Shown piece by piece: positions 1-12,433 of a stretch of DNA of 64,000 nucleotides. Origin of the DNA: Hypanus sabinus. Its lineage: Eukaryota. The notes beneath the pieces are model-generated. The model saw nothing but the letters and a program-made list of their open reading frames with translations. It had not been told where the DNA came from and searched no databases. How positions within the stretch are numbered: the stretch's first letter is position 1; every line of letters begins with the position of its first letter. Where the stretch lies: NCBI RefSeq assembly GCF_030144855.1, contig NC_082728.1:7688001-7752000 (forward strand), given 5' to 3'. The position numbers were made by a program, and so were the translations under genes.

Positions 1-195
1 AAATATGCTTCAATTTGCTTTAACTTGGTCAGTTCAATGTATTCAGTACATCTAACTAATCAGAAAGTATGGAATAAATTGTCAAGTAGGTCTAATGCAT
101 TACTGAAAAAAGTACTGACAGTCATCTTATTTGACAATTGTACCATCTGGGCAAAAGTTTCTGATGGGGTGTAGGGAGGAGACAAAAAGACTTAC

Positions 196-1012
196 TGTTA
201 CGTATCCCGTAACTGGATAACTTACCAGCAAAGATAGAGAGGTCCGTTGAAGTCTGATGTCACTATTTTCAAACATTTTTATTTATAAAGGGGCACAAAA
301 GTAAGGTTAATACAAACATTCAGATAATGCACGTCACCAATATTCAATCTAAAGCGCGGGTATAGTAATAATCATCATTAAGAAGTAATCTCGACTGTTG
401 TCTAGGGGATAATATTTTTGTCCATTGTAAATATAAAAAGTCATTCAGAAGTCTGCAGACTTTAGCCTTTCAGGGAATCGCTGGGTTTCACGTGTTTTAG
501 AGGGATCGGTGAAAACGAAGAGAAAACTTGCCCGGGTCTTTATGAAGCCACTCCGTTAAATCAGGGGAGCGTTGTTTTCCCCGTTGTTAGTTCGAAGTCC
601 TTCTCGGTATTATCAGCCACCCGCTCCCTAGGCCAAAGGAGTTAGGAGCGCACGTGGCGTTGAGTGGCTTCCAGCTCTCACGGGAGCATTGAGCGAGTGA
701 GTTCTTCTGGTGCGTCACTGGGGTACCACCTCCTGCAGTCCGCTTTTATCTTTACTTGCAGAGTTGTAGATGTCCATCAAAGTAGGGTGATGCAATCTCC
801 ACCCCCACATTGCCCGAGGGTGTCCATGTCCATGGTAGCTGTCACGTAGCCGGGACATGCACGTCACACAGGCGCCTCTAAGAACAATGGCCAGAACCGT
901 TGCATTGTCTCTCACTTCCGAGACCCGAATTAATAGTGATCTTGGGATTCTCCGGAAGGAGGGGGCTGCTCCCGCTCCTTCGGCCCCTCAGAGCTGTGGT
1001 ACCTTCATAACA
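196..1012 (-). mobile_element. Solo LTR (Gypsy/ERV-type) in the last PRKCA intron
   Basis: Termini TGTTA...TAACA; 4-bp TSD TTAC at 192-195 and 1013-1016; more CpG-rich than the flanks; strand inferred from a minus-strand AATAAA near 277-282. Confidence 0.8.
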
Positions 1013-1388
1013 TTACATACTGAAAACTATTTCAGTAATTCTCTATAATCTGCTTCATGGCCTGTATCATTGCTTAAGTCATTTGGATTCACTGTATTGT
1101 TTGTATATCCTGTGCTCTGATTAGCCAGCTGTGAAGTTCATAAAACAGCATTGTTGGAGCAACTAATGACTGCACTAATATTCATACTGAAAATCTAGAA
1201 TTAGTATTATTTCAGCCATTGGCTCACATAAAATATCAATTTTGTCATTCACTATTTCCTAAGATCAGGTGTTAATTTACGTTAGATAAAAGTTTACTAC
1301 TACTGAACTTTCAACAAGTAGTTGCTTATCTTCTCTCAACAAATACCCTAATATATCTTTCTCTCTCTCTCTCTCTCTCCCTCTACAG

Positions 1389-1553
1389 TGTGGCAGAAGT
1401 GCTGAAAACTTCGACAAGTTTTTCACAAGAGGCCAGCCAGTGTTGACACCACCTGACCAGTTGGTCATTGCTAATATTGACCAGGCAGAGTTTGAAGGAT
1501 TCTCATTTGTAAACCAAGATTTCATTCATCCCAGTTTAACCAATGTTATATGA
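1389..1553 (+). CDS. PRKCA: Protein kinase C alpha, last coding exon (C-terminal V5 tail)
   Basis: (CT)n tract plus TACAG acceptor, phase 0; translates [54 protein letters not shown]; contains the NFD motif, turn motif TPPD and hydrophobic motif FEGFSF; [19 protein letters not shown] is PKC-alpha-specific. Confidence 0.96.
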   Translation, partial: CGRSAENFDKFFTRGQPVLTPPDQLVIANIDQAEFEGFSFVNQDFIHPSLTNVI

Positions 1554-3950
1554 AGAGGACAAGCAAATACAGCAAGAAACCCTTTGTTTAAAATGACTAT
1601 AATCAATCGACCATTAACTTTACAAGATTAATAATGTTCAGAAAAGGTTAAGGAACATGCACTTTTAACTTTTAGAGAAAACATTAATATACTTTATTAA
1701 GATTTACTGACAAAATTTTGAAGTCCAACTTTAAATTGTCTAATATAATTGTGAACTGATTTTTAGTAAGTCATTCTCCTCTGCTGAATTTTAGCATTTT
1801 TTTTAAAAAAAGATGTTGAGGTACAAATTGCAATATACATTTGGCCCCCAAGGGACCAGTTCTTTTCCCTTTGTCTTCCCAATTTTAGGTTGGTTCTATA
1901 GCCTTTTCATCAAAGAACAAATGGGAAACAGATTTGTTTCTCCAAAATATAATGGTTGAAATATGTTCAAGTAAATCAAAAATATTATGAAATTCTCATT
2001 CTACAACTTGCACTAATATGTACAATTTATTTCCTTCTGGATAAATGAACAATAAAGCTTTGTTGAGGACAGAATTAATTGAAAAGAATAAAACAAAATG
2101 ATCAAGTTATTTTCGCATTTCAACAAGTTCTCGAGATCTTTCATCCAAAGTAAGAAAGGATGTTAAACAGATTTTCTCGTGAAATACTCAGTTTAACACA
2201 TTCCCTTTTTTAAGGTACAACTTAATCTAGTGCACAATTCAAATATTCAGAACAGATGACCATTCTGATTGTATATGAAACAATAAAAATAAGAAAATCA
2301 GTTGTCTAGTTCATATTACATTACAATTTATTGAATAGAATGACTGATAGTTATTTCCGACAAACAATCAATGATGTTTTGCTATACCATCATTCAATAT
2401 GTAAAGGGGGCACACCATATTACCACATTTGTCAAGATTTCAATTTTTGTCAGATATGTTACATATAATAAACTGAATCACAGAAGTAACAGCCATCACT
2501 CGCACATGCCATTCAGGAAAATGATATGACATTTCTTGCTCGGGGCCCCTTTCATGGCACTAAGTGCAGGGTTCTGAGTGTATACCACACCAAGACACAA
2601 AGTCATTTTCTTAAGTTGCTTCTTACTACTGATGTAGATCAACTTTTTAAAGCAAGTACATATATATAAAAAAAAGATACATTGTTTGGTTCACATGCCT
2701 GGCTTAACTCTTTTTTTTAAATCAAACTTGTCATTTTCCTTAAGCTTAAATGGTAAATGCTAATTCTTAAAGAGTGATAGTAAGTCCATTTGGGCATCTT
2801 AATTAATTTTTGAAATGAGAGCCAGTTGTGAATATTTTTGCCTTGATTTTGGAAATCTTAATTTAGTTATTCAATATTCTGCCTTTGCAAATTGCACGTC
2901 AGAATACAATTAGCATGCTGTCGATAGGTGTTGCATGTAACAAGGCCTAAATTTTGAAAGCACGTATGTTTGGTAATTGGTCTAAGTAGTGTTTGTCATT
3001 TCCAAGTTGAAAAATTGCTCCTTTTAGAAATAAAATTTAAATTGAAAATGTCAAGTTTTTAAAAAATCATATCCTTGTTACATTTCTCTACACTATTTTT
3101 CCCATTTCACAAGTCAGTCACATGGTTGACTCTTAAATTATGAGATACAGTCAATGTACATATACATTCAGCCCATTGTTAGTCAAAACATTAATATTGA
3201 AAACCAGCACTGATTGATGTTACAAACAAATATTTTAGATGAATGATGCAAATAGTTAATTTATAATGCCTAATATAGTTAAGCACTATCCTACTCAGTT
3301 TAAAGTAATCTTGTGGACCAAAATTTTTATTAAGTGAGTTTGCTTAACCAGCTTGAATACAAATATTTAATTAATCAGAGGTCGGAGGGAAGCAAAGAAC
3401 ATGCATGTAAGTTAAATGCTAAAATATGGACATTTTTGTGATGGTTTAAAATTGGAAATAAAGTTCAAGGTTGATCAGGTGTGTGAAATCTATTGGTTAT
3501 TTAACATTTCAAGATTATTTCAAAAGGCAGTCCCTGCAAAATGATTGATATGATTATTGATTGGAGATAGAGGGAAAAGACGAAGGAGGGGGTGGAGACA
3601 GGAGGTGGTCACTCAGTCTTCGGTCTCAGTCTGTAAACTTAAGAAGCAAAGTAGTTGCTTGTTATATCTCCTTATGTATCAGATACAATACCCATTCCTA
3701 TATCTTCCTAAAAGTCATGATTATTTTAGTTCAATTTAATAACAAACAATAGAGAATTTTAAAAAGAGAACTTCTCTTTTGTAATGGCTGAATTTTGAAA
3801 AGAACACTGACAATGAGGCTGCTTCTTTAAATATATTTTGGGATTATACTGTAAAAAAGAAGCCTTATATCACTGTACAGAATTTTAATCAGGCTACATT
3901 GACTAATGATTTACAGTATTGTTAAAAACTATGTTGCTAGGATTTGCCCA
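1554..3950 (+). other. PRKCA: Probable PRKCA 3' UTR (3' end uncertain)
   Basis: AT-rich stretch after the stop codon with no recognisable repeats; AATAAA at 2051, about 2087 and 2282. Confidence 0.55.
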
Positions 3951-3959
3951 TCAGTTCAA

Positions 3960-4115
3960 AGCCACTCAAGTCAAGCCACTTTTTATTGTCATTTCAACCA
4001 TAACTGCTGATACAATACACATTAAAAACAAGATGACATTTTTCAGGACCGTGGTGCTACATGAACAATACAAAAACAACACTGAACTACGTAAACCAAC
4101 ACAAAAACTACACTA
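3960..4115 (-). mobile_element. Rex/Babar-like LINE 3' tail fragment
   Basis: CAAGTCAAG...TTTATTGTCA tail; similar pieces near 8640-8800 and 41951. Confidence 0.5.
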
Positions 4116-4514
4116 GTACCAACTCACAGGTATTTATGCAATCATTCCAATCACCACAAAATTATTTTGTTTTCTTTTGAATTAAATTAGGTTGTATTTA
4201 AAGAATGTCAGATGAATTTCAACGTGATAATTCAGCCAAGTAGCTCCAGACATTTTTAATAATAGCTGTCTTTTCAGTTTAATTTCCCAAAGCCATTTCT
4301 GTTCAACTTCTACTTTGAAATTCTCCTTTCAGGGTAGCCAAGTCCTGCAACTCACATTTTCCCCAATTTCCTCCTCTCGTATTTTCAGATTTAAATTGTT
4401 GTTTCCTATGTTTACTTCTTTGAAATATACATTTTGTTAGTCACTAGCCATTACCAATCCTTTCAGACAGTGGCACCAACTCCACTGTAACATTCAATCT
4501 CACCTAGTTTTAAA

Positions 4515-5860
4515 AATATAAGAAATAGGAGCAGAAATCTTCTTGATGTCCTTCAAGCCTACTCCTCCATTCATCTAGATCATGGCTGATCTTTTACCTC
4601 ATCATCCTTTTCTAGCACTACCACAACCCCATCCCTTGATTCCCTTAATGTCCAAAAATTACTTAATGTTTGGAACTGTTGAGCCTTCATAACTGTGGGT
4701 TAGAGAATTCCAAACTTCACCACCCTTTCAGTGAAAAACAATTCTTCTAATCTCAGTGTAAATGCTTTATCACTTATTCTGAATTTGTACTCCAAAGTTG
4801 TAGACTCCTGAGCCAGGACAAACATTCTCCCTACATCCAGTCTGTCAAGTCTATGGATTTTGAAACTTTGTTCTCCTCTCAAACAGCGAATCTGCCATTT
4901 CTGTCAGAACCAGCCAGGTGAATTTTCATTGCATTCCATCCATGAAAAATATATTGCTTCTTTGGGAAGGAGACCAAAATTGTGCAATATACTTCAGAAT
5001 TCAGGTGTTCCCAACTTTTTTTGTGCCATAGACACATAAGATTAACCAAGGGGTCAGCGGACCCCAGACTGGGAACCCCTCCCTGCTCTAGATGCAGTTT
5101 CATAAAGGTGCTACTCAGTATAAGACTTTCTTGCTCTTGTTTTGCAACAGTCTCATTTGACTTCCCAATTGCTTGTGCACTTGGCTGGGAGGACCATATG
5201 TCACATATTCAAGTTTGCTGACAATACTAAACTAGTGGGATTGTCCCTTTGAATATCCATACTACACAATCTTTAACTTGCTAGAAAATGCCCGCAGTTT
5301 TGGCATGAGGACCAAGGTGGATGACCACACATTTTCCATATTCTATCCTTCACCCATATTCTCACCACTTAGTCACTCTTTTATAGCCAGCAACATTGAC
5401 TACAAGATGTTTGGTCCTCCCAGCCAAATCACTCATTTGGACTGCGAATAGTGAAGCCCAAACAATGCTCCCAGCAATACATTCATCCTGCCAAGCTGTG
5501 AATTTTACTTCTGCTTTTTGCCTTCTGTCTGCTAATGAATTCTCAATCTACATCAGTATGTTTCCCCAGTTTGATGTGCCCCAAAATGTTGACCAACCTT
5601 CCAAATGGAAGACCTTATCAAGACCTGGGTCCATGCACTGGTTCTCCTTTGTCTGCTTGGTACATCCTCAAAGAACTCCAGCAGAGAAGTAAAACATGGT
5701 TTTCCCTTAATAAAGGAAAATTGACTCTGCTCAGTCTTATTACTCTTCCAAGTGTTCTGTTATCATATGCTTCATTGAGCATTCTAGCCTTTTTCCCCAA
5801 TAACTGGTATTAGGCTGACAGATTGGTAGCTCACAAAGAGTAGGGCCCCATTTCATAAAA
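4515..5860 (-). mobile_element. Old CR1-like LINE fragments with a small hAT MITE (about 5002-5085)
   Basis: CR1 3' end motif (AGAAATAGGAGCAG...ATCATGGCTGATC) and degraded RT-region remnants; CAGGTGTTCCCAAC...GGGAACCCCT terminal inverted repeats (TIRs). Confidence 0.6.
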
Positions 5861-7309
5861 ATTAGATCTCTATTCTGTCTTTATAAAGTTCCCCACTTCA
5901 TCTGCATTATTTCTAATTTTACCCTGTAATGATTAAATATCATGTTAACCCTGTTCTAGCATTTTCTCTGCAATGCTTTTGTCAGCACATATATCTAGCA
6001 TCTGCAGTATTTTGTTTTTGCAAGCAGTGTAACCATAGCTGTGTACATAGAATTGCTGCAATGGAGCCACCATAACCAGGTCAGTGAAAAGTGCTGTATG
6101 TTTTATACCAGTCCTCCATTCAGGATGGTTCAAATTACAGGCAGCAGTTCCTTTTAAAACAACAGGTGGGGGGGGGGGGGGTATTTTTGAAAATGCAGAA
6201 AGATCTTAAGTTTGTATTTTGGTCTAGCTCTTCTTAAAAAGTGGAGATTCTGCATGTTGAGACGATTGATTTTCTATTCAAAAGAGGTTTTCTAATACAA
6301 GTTTCATACAATATATTGTAGACATCTTTATTCAGTAGCAAAAGTACTTGATTTTTCACTTTCACAGTACAGGCTGAATATCCATCTAATGTTTAAAACT
6401 CGATCTATTCTCTCTAAAGTATGAATAGTACGAAAAGCATGCCATTAAAATTGTTAAACACTCACATCTTCACAACCAAGAATATTGCAGAGATCTATTA
6501 GGGAGATAACACTTTCAAGGATGGACATAAAACCAAAATTATTCATGCCTCTAGAATTTTCTGGGTACATCAGAAGACACAAATCCAGAAGCACAATTAT
6601 ATAGTAACATTTAAGCAGCTGTAATCATTCAGCCGGTAGAAAATCTTGCATATTGTGTAACATAAGCAGTCACAACATCAATTTACTGTATCTCTTGTTT
6701 TAGGCATTTAAAAAAATGCAAAGATAGGGATGCAATTCCATCTCAAGATTATCACTGTTTACAGATGCAAGGTATGAGGCAAATAGTTTGCCAAAGATAA
6801 AAATGGCATTTCAAACCTTTGAACTTGCGGCTGCAAATTGCTGATTTGTAATGCCAGGTCATTTCTGTTCCGTATTTGGAGGCAATACCATTTACTTGAA
6901 CGTTTTAAAAACTTTGCAACAGTAGCAACTCCACAGCAGGTAGAAAAGCCACATTAAATAATCTTCAATCAACTTCTAATCAAACATAAAACTTTTTTAT
7001 CATATAATAAGGAACTTCCCTCAAATTGTTTTGCATGGTATTGTTTGTCATGTGTTAATTGTGGTATGACAGTATCAAAAAATAAAGAAAATCATATCCA
7101 GCAACCAAGTTTTCTGCAATGCTTCTGTCAAACCTTTTCTCCTAAAGTTACTGAATGTTGCCAACCACACAAACCTGTCAAGAAACAGGTTTCTGTGTGC
7201 AGCTTTACAATTTGAGTGTAGAGCTCATCAAAGGCAAATTAGATAAGGTAGTGTGGGGAAGTGATGAGATCAAGAAGAAAGTCAAGATTATTAACTTTAT
7301 TTATTTGTT

Positions 7310-7510
7310 TATTTACTGAGATACAGAGTAGAATAGGCCCTTCTGGCCCTTTAAACCATGCTGCCCAGCAACCATAAACCATACCCTAATAATGGGACAA
7401 TTATACAATGAGCAATTAACCTATCAACTGGTACATCTTTGGACTGTGGGAGGAAACTGGAGCACAGAGTCACAAGAAGAACGTACAAACTCCTTACAGA
7501 CAGCAGTGGG
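7310..7510 (-). mobile_element. V-SINE/HE1-like SINE
   Basis: Core TCTTTGGACTGTGGGAGGAAACTGGAGCAC...CAAACTCCTTACAGAC, repeated throughout the window. Confidence 0.7.
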
Positions 7511-9469
7511 GTCATTTAGACATCATAACTGATAGAAATACCCAATGGTGTATTCAAGTGAAGAGCAAACTAGCATGCTATGGTTTTATGATGGATGCAG
7601 CTCAAAATCAATGGCCACATACAAACAGTATAATAGATAATAAATATGGATTTGCATCATTGTGATTCCATAAGCAAAAAGTTATGGACAAATTAACAAT
7701 AAGAATAATCCCAATGATTTTTTTTTAAACTATATTGTTTGTTTAATTTTTAAATGTATTCAAGCCATTTTTAAATTAATCTAGTAATGGACAGTGAAAT
7801 ACTCTTTCCTCTATAAATTCCCACTAATGAACAACCACTATTAGTTTAGCATGTTTCAGTGGACTGCCTCCACAACAGGACTCTACCCACAGTTCCAAAA
7901 GACCATCTTCTTGTCCATTTTCCACACCAATTTGAGTGACAGTAAACAGCCATATTAAAATAGTAATATCATTTACATCAGCATCTCCATATTGGTGTCA
8001 CAGAGCACAGAAGTGTTGCTTGTTCTTCTTTTGTGAAATGCAGTAGAAGGGAAACAGATGGCAAGCTGCAAGTCTACCTAACAAGCCATGAAATAAGCAT
8101 GACATGATAAACAAATAAAAACTAAAACTAGCAGGGTTGAAAACACAACTATTTATACTACAAAAATCCACAAACTCTTAAAGGGAGCATCATTGTTCAG
8201 TAGCAGGTGTTAATATGGATAATATGGTAAAATAACATGAATCATCTTGTCACTGGAATCTGATGAATTGTAATTGGTCTAAATTGCCTTCACGTTGCAC
8301 CTTTAATGTAACTACACTACTTTATAATAGGAACCCAAATCATTTAATCACCTTAACCCCATTACTCCCAAAGAGCAAACTATAAATTTGCAATGTCATG
8401 GTGGATGGGGTATTAGGTAATCAAGACTAACAATTCTGGAATTGCCTTTGACATTAAGATATCTTGATAGTAAACATCTGAATATGAATGAGAAGTATGC
8501 TATGTCTGGTAAGTGGTAAAGCAGGTCTCCCCATACCGAATGATGAGAGAATTGTGTTCTATTGTCAGTACACTTTAAAGTACTTTCTAATGGACACATT
8601 CCTATGTTCTTTCTGGATCTCACAAAGTAGGAGTTCCTGTCAAAGTTAAAATTTATTGTTATTCAACCGATAACATGTATACCACCAAACGAAATAACAT
8701 TCTTCCAGACCATGGTGCACAACTCATTATGTAAAACTCACACACAACACAAATGTATATTACCACAAATAAATTAACAAGTAGTAAAATATCTCCTATA
8801 AGATTGACACTTAGCTATAAATGATTCCCAAGACCAGCACTGTAGCAATATCAAATATTTTAATATGTAAACTTACAGTAGGCCTTCCACAATTGCATAA
8901 GTTTAAATGCAATGTCCTTTTATTTGTTAAAAACCACTATCTTCTTACTTGCTATTTACATGTTGCATTTCAAATATCAAAAAAGGGTAAATAACACTTT
9001 CATGAAGAGGCAAAGTTTGAAAGTTAGGAAGAAGATGAAAGAAAAACAGTGTCCAAGACTATAATATTTAATAATAGTGACAGAAGTTAATATTTTCACT
9101 TCCTCCTTTTGTTATTAAATTTAACTGAAAAGATTATTCTTATTTAAGTGGTTATCCACCAGCTTAGTGGAAATACCCAAACAAAATCCACATAAGAAAT
9201 AGAAGGATTACCTCTTGCGATCATTCAACAAGATCACAGCTGCTATACTCTCAATCTCAAATCCATTATCCTGACTGTTCCCCTTCATGCTCAAGCACCC
9301 TTCAGATCAAACTATGGGCATCCAAGCCTTAAATAATTTTATTGACTCAGCTCCAAAACTCTTTAAGGTACAAAATTCAAAAGAATATTACCCTCCATCT
9401 CCATCTTAAACAAGTGACAACTTATTCTGAAGCAATACCCTCAGTCTTGATGAAATATCTTCATCAAAG

Positions 9470-9520
9470 CAGGGATTCCCAACCTGAGGCCCATGGCATA
9501 AAAAAGGTTGGGGACCCCTG
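9470..9520. mobile_element. 51-bp hAT-type MITE inserted in a degenerate hammerhead cassette
   Basis: TIRs CAGGGATTCCCAAC / GTTGGGGACCCCTG. Confidence 0.65.
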
Positions 9521-10530
9521 ATCCAAAACATCAACTGCCCATTTATTTCCATTAGTGCTGCCTGATCTAGAGTTCCTCCAGCTTTTTGAGGCATTGCAAT
9601 AGACTTCCTGCATTTGCAGTCATTCTTTTGTCTCTCTCGGATGTCTACTGTTGCTTTCCCTCAGAATCTTATATTTCAATAAGATTGCCTCTCAATTTAT
9701 TGCCAAGTTCAACATACATCATACAGCATATATACAGCATATATATACCCCTCTTTAAAAAAGGAGACCGAAAATACATCTAGTACTTTAGGTGTGGTTC
9801 CACAAATGCCCTGCACAATATAGCAAGATTTCAATTCTACAACTGTTATGTGCCCACAGGTTTCGTTTACTGTGAGTGTCACTTTAAGAGACGGCTGGAT
9901 GAGGCGGGACTATGATATCAGTATAACGAGCTGCGACGGACTGCTGGGACTTTCAGTGGTAAGAAAAAAGAGAGAAAGAGTGGAAGGACGTTGGACTACA
10001 AGCTACCAGCAGGAAAAATGGGTAAAATCTGATACTTCCCCATGCCCAAAGGATTCGGTTGATCAACAGCACACCGTGCACATTGAATGTGTGGCTGTCA
10101 CTTTGATGGTCCACATGTGGATTTTGTTGAATTATCCTGTGGAACCACTTTCGTTAACCCTTACCTGGAATCGGGTGTGTTCTGTAGTTACCACTTGGTA
10201 GAAGGGATGTTCCATAACTGTCACCTTGTGATATTTCTACGTGGATTTCGGAATGACTCAACGGATAAGATCTTTGGTGACTGTTACTTTGTTTACCCGG
10301 TGTGGAGTTTGTGGAATTCCATGTGATCTCCTTCTCTCTACACTTTTAACATGGATTTACAAATCTCTTCCATCATTTATCTCCATGAATTACTGAACCT
10401 TTTCTACTTTACCGTCGGAATCTTAAGACTTTAAGAACTGTTCCTAAGCTTGACTGTTTGGGACACACACACACACAACACTGTTAACTTCTGTTTATTT
10501 TGTTTAATTTCTTATATTTCGAGTAGATAC

Positions 10531-11355
10531 TGTTATGTACCCCGTAACAGGTTAAAAAGAACCAGCAGAAATGGACACACCCGGAGTCTGAGTCTTCCAT
10601 TATAAACCCTATTTTATTAGTAACTACATGAATAAAGTAATATAAAATGAGAAAAGGTAAACAGATTAGCAGAGTATATGCATATATAAGTGAGTAATAA
10701 AGTTCCCAAGCTTCCCAGCTCAGGTGGTATAGGTGACACAGCCTTACGGTGGTATAGTAAGTAATCAGTTCAGTTNNNNNNNNNNNNNNNNNNNNNNNNN
10801 NNNNNNNNNNNNNNNNNNNNNNNNNNNNNNNNNNNNNNNNNNNNNNNNNNNNNNNNNNNNNNNNNNNNNNNNNNNNNNNNNNNNNNNNNNNNNNNNNNNN
10901 NNNNCAATGCCGATCCTCCACGTCGATCTCCTGCTCCTGAAACTTATTTAAAGTCACCACTTGTGACCACAGGAAGGGGACCGTTTCCATGGTAACACTA
11001 TCAACCCAGGCCAGGGTTAAACACACCGATAGCACTCCACTGGTCACTCCTTCGTCCACACTGTGAGCAAAAACCCCACCCTTGTCGTGGGCACACAAAG
11101 CTCACCAGAGTCCTCCTTGCCTCTGGCGTGTCATGTGTCTCTTGTGTGTCTAATTAAAAAGTCAACTGACCTTGTATATATCTCATAAGTGCAGAACACA
11201 AACTGTCCATCATATAACTCACCTTTCAGTTTCCAAGGCAACTCAGACTTTCTCTCTCTCTCTCTCTGCTGCTGAATTAGCACACAAGCTGTTCGCTCCC
11301 TCTCTCTTGCTAAAGGAACAGTCCACTTTAGAATAATCCTTTAGATCTCGCCACA
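10531..11355. mobile_element. Solo LTR (inner), related to 196-1012
   Basis: TG...CA ends; 4-bp TSD ATAC at 10527-10530 and 11356-11359; start TGTTATGTACCCCGTAACAGG resembles TGTTACGTATCCCGTAACTGG. Confidence 0.75.
10776..10904. other. Assembly gap (N run)
   Basis: Run of N. Confidence 1.
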
Positions 11356-11737
11356 ATACTAATAAGGATAATGGTTTTTAAACCAGACTCCATTTGTGAT
11401 CTATTGCTGTTGGTACATAACAAAATTCCTTTCCAAAAAAAAGACCAAAATATTATTTGGCTTTCTGAATAGTTACTAAATCTTCATGCTAACTTTGTGT
11501 TTCGTGTACAAAGACAGACAAATTCCTCAGTAGCATATTTTGTTTGCTCTCTTAAATTACATTATCCTATTCATCATAATTTGGATAAGCATATTTTTCC
11601 CCATTACAAGCTCATTACATATAACTCTGTAAATTCAGTACCTTCTCAAAGTTTGCTTTCCTATCCATCTTTGCATCATGTTCCATCTACTAATTTTCAT
11701 GTCAATTATTTTAATGTTTAGCTCTCTAACTGTGCTA

Positions 11738-11945
11738 TAACATAAGAACATAAGAAATAGGAACAGGAGTAGGACATCTGGCTCATTGAGCCTGCTCCAC
11801 CATTCAGTAAGATCATGGCTAATCTGACCATGGACTCATCTCCACCTACCTGCCTTTTCCCCATAATTCTTAATTCCCCTACTCTGCAAAAATCTATCCA
11901 ACCTTGTCTTAAATATATTTACTGAGGTAGCCTCCACTGCTTCTA
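11738..11945 (-). mobile_element. CR1 3' end
   Basis: (CATAAGAA)n tail plus CR1 3' terminal motif. Confidence 0.7.
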
Positions 11946-12433
11946 ACCTTTAGTGGACATATTCTTTTGTTTTGCTATTACTCATAGGGATGAAAACTTC
12001 ATGGTTTCATTCTTGAAGTATGCATAAAGAAGGCAATTTAAATTATCTCACATGTTTTAATAATGGTTATCCATCCAGCCACCCTATAAACAAACAGAAA
12101 AGCCAATTTACAAAAACAAACCCTATCTAGCATTGCTATTCATCCAGCAGAACAACCCAGCATTTAGAACAGCTACAAACCAAAAGCTGTGGGTTACCAT
12201 CAACATGCATCATGGATTCATCCTGAAGTTCCCCAATGGGGCAAGGTTTCTAACTTAAGAAACATTGCAAATACTTTTAATAATACAATAAACTGCATGC
12301 ACACACTAATAATTTTCTTAAGTATTTATTAAGAAAATTATTTTACAAAAATCTGGGTAATGTTTTTGTAGTTGTCTTCCTAACAGAATGTACTAATCAT
12401 CAGACCAGACCCTAAGCACCTTGGTCTTGATGA

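Larger units (their letters stand above)
9844..11422. mobile_element. Solo LTR (outer), interrupted by a second LTR
   Basis: Termini TGTTATGTGCC...GGTACATAACA form an imperfect inverted repeat; TSD not conserved. Confidence 0.65.

Noticed and set aside
1277-1525. 82-aa minus-strand ORF
   Set aside because: Antisense shadow of the PRKCA exon running into the (CT)n repeat
1389-1553. Assignment to PRKCG or PRKCB (and of the downstream gene to CACNG7)
   Set aside because: Diagnostic residues match PKC-alpha ([17 protein letters not shown]) and gamma-5 (CGRKALTLL, VCFLAG)
4042-4060. REST/NRSE-like TTCAGGACCGTGG
   Set aside because: Only a half-site, and it lies inside a LINE tail repeated elsewhere
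6166-6182. Poly-G run as a G-quadruplex
   Set aside because: Simple homopolymer with no supporting context and unreliable length
10484-11098. 204-aa ORF, and the ORFs near 30321-30762
   Set aside because: Artefacts of reading through N gaps
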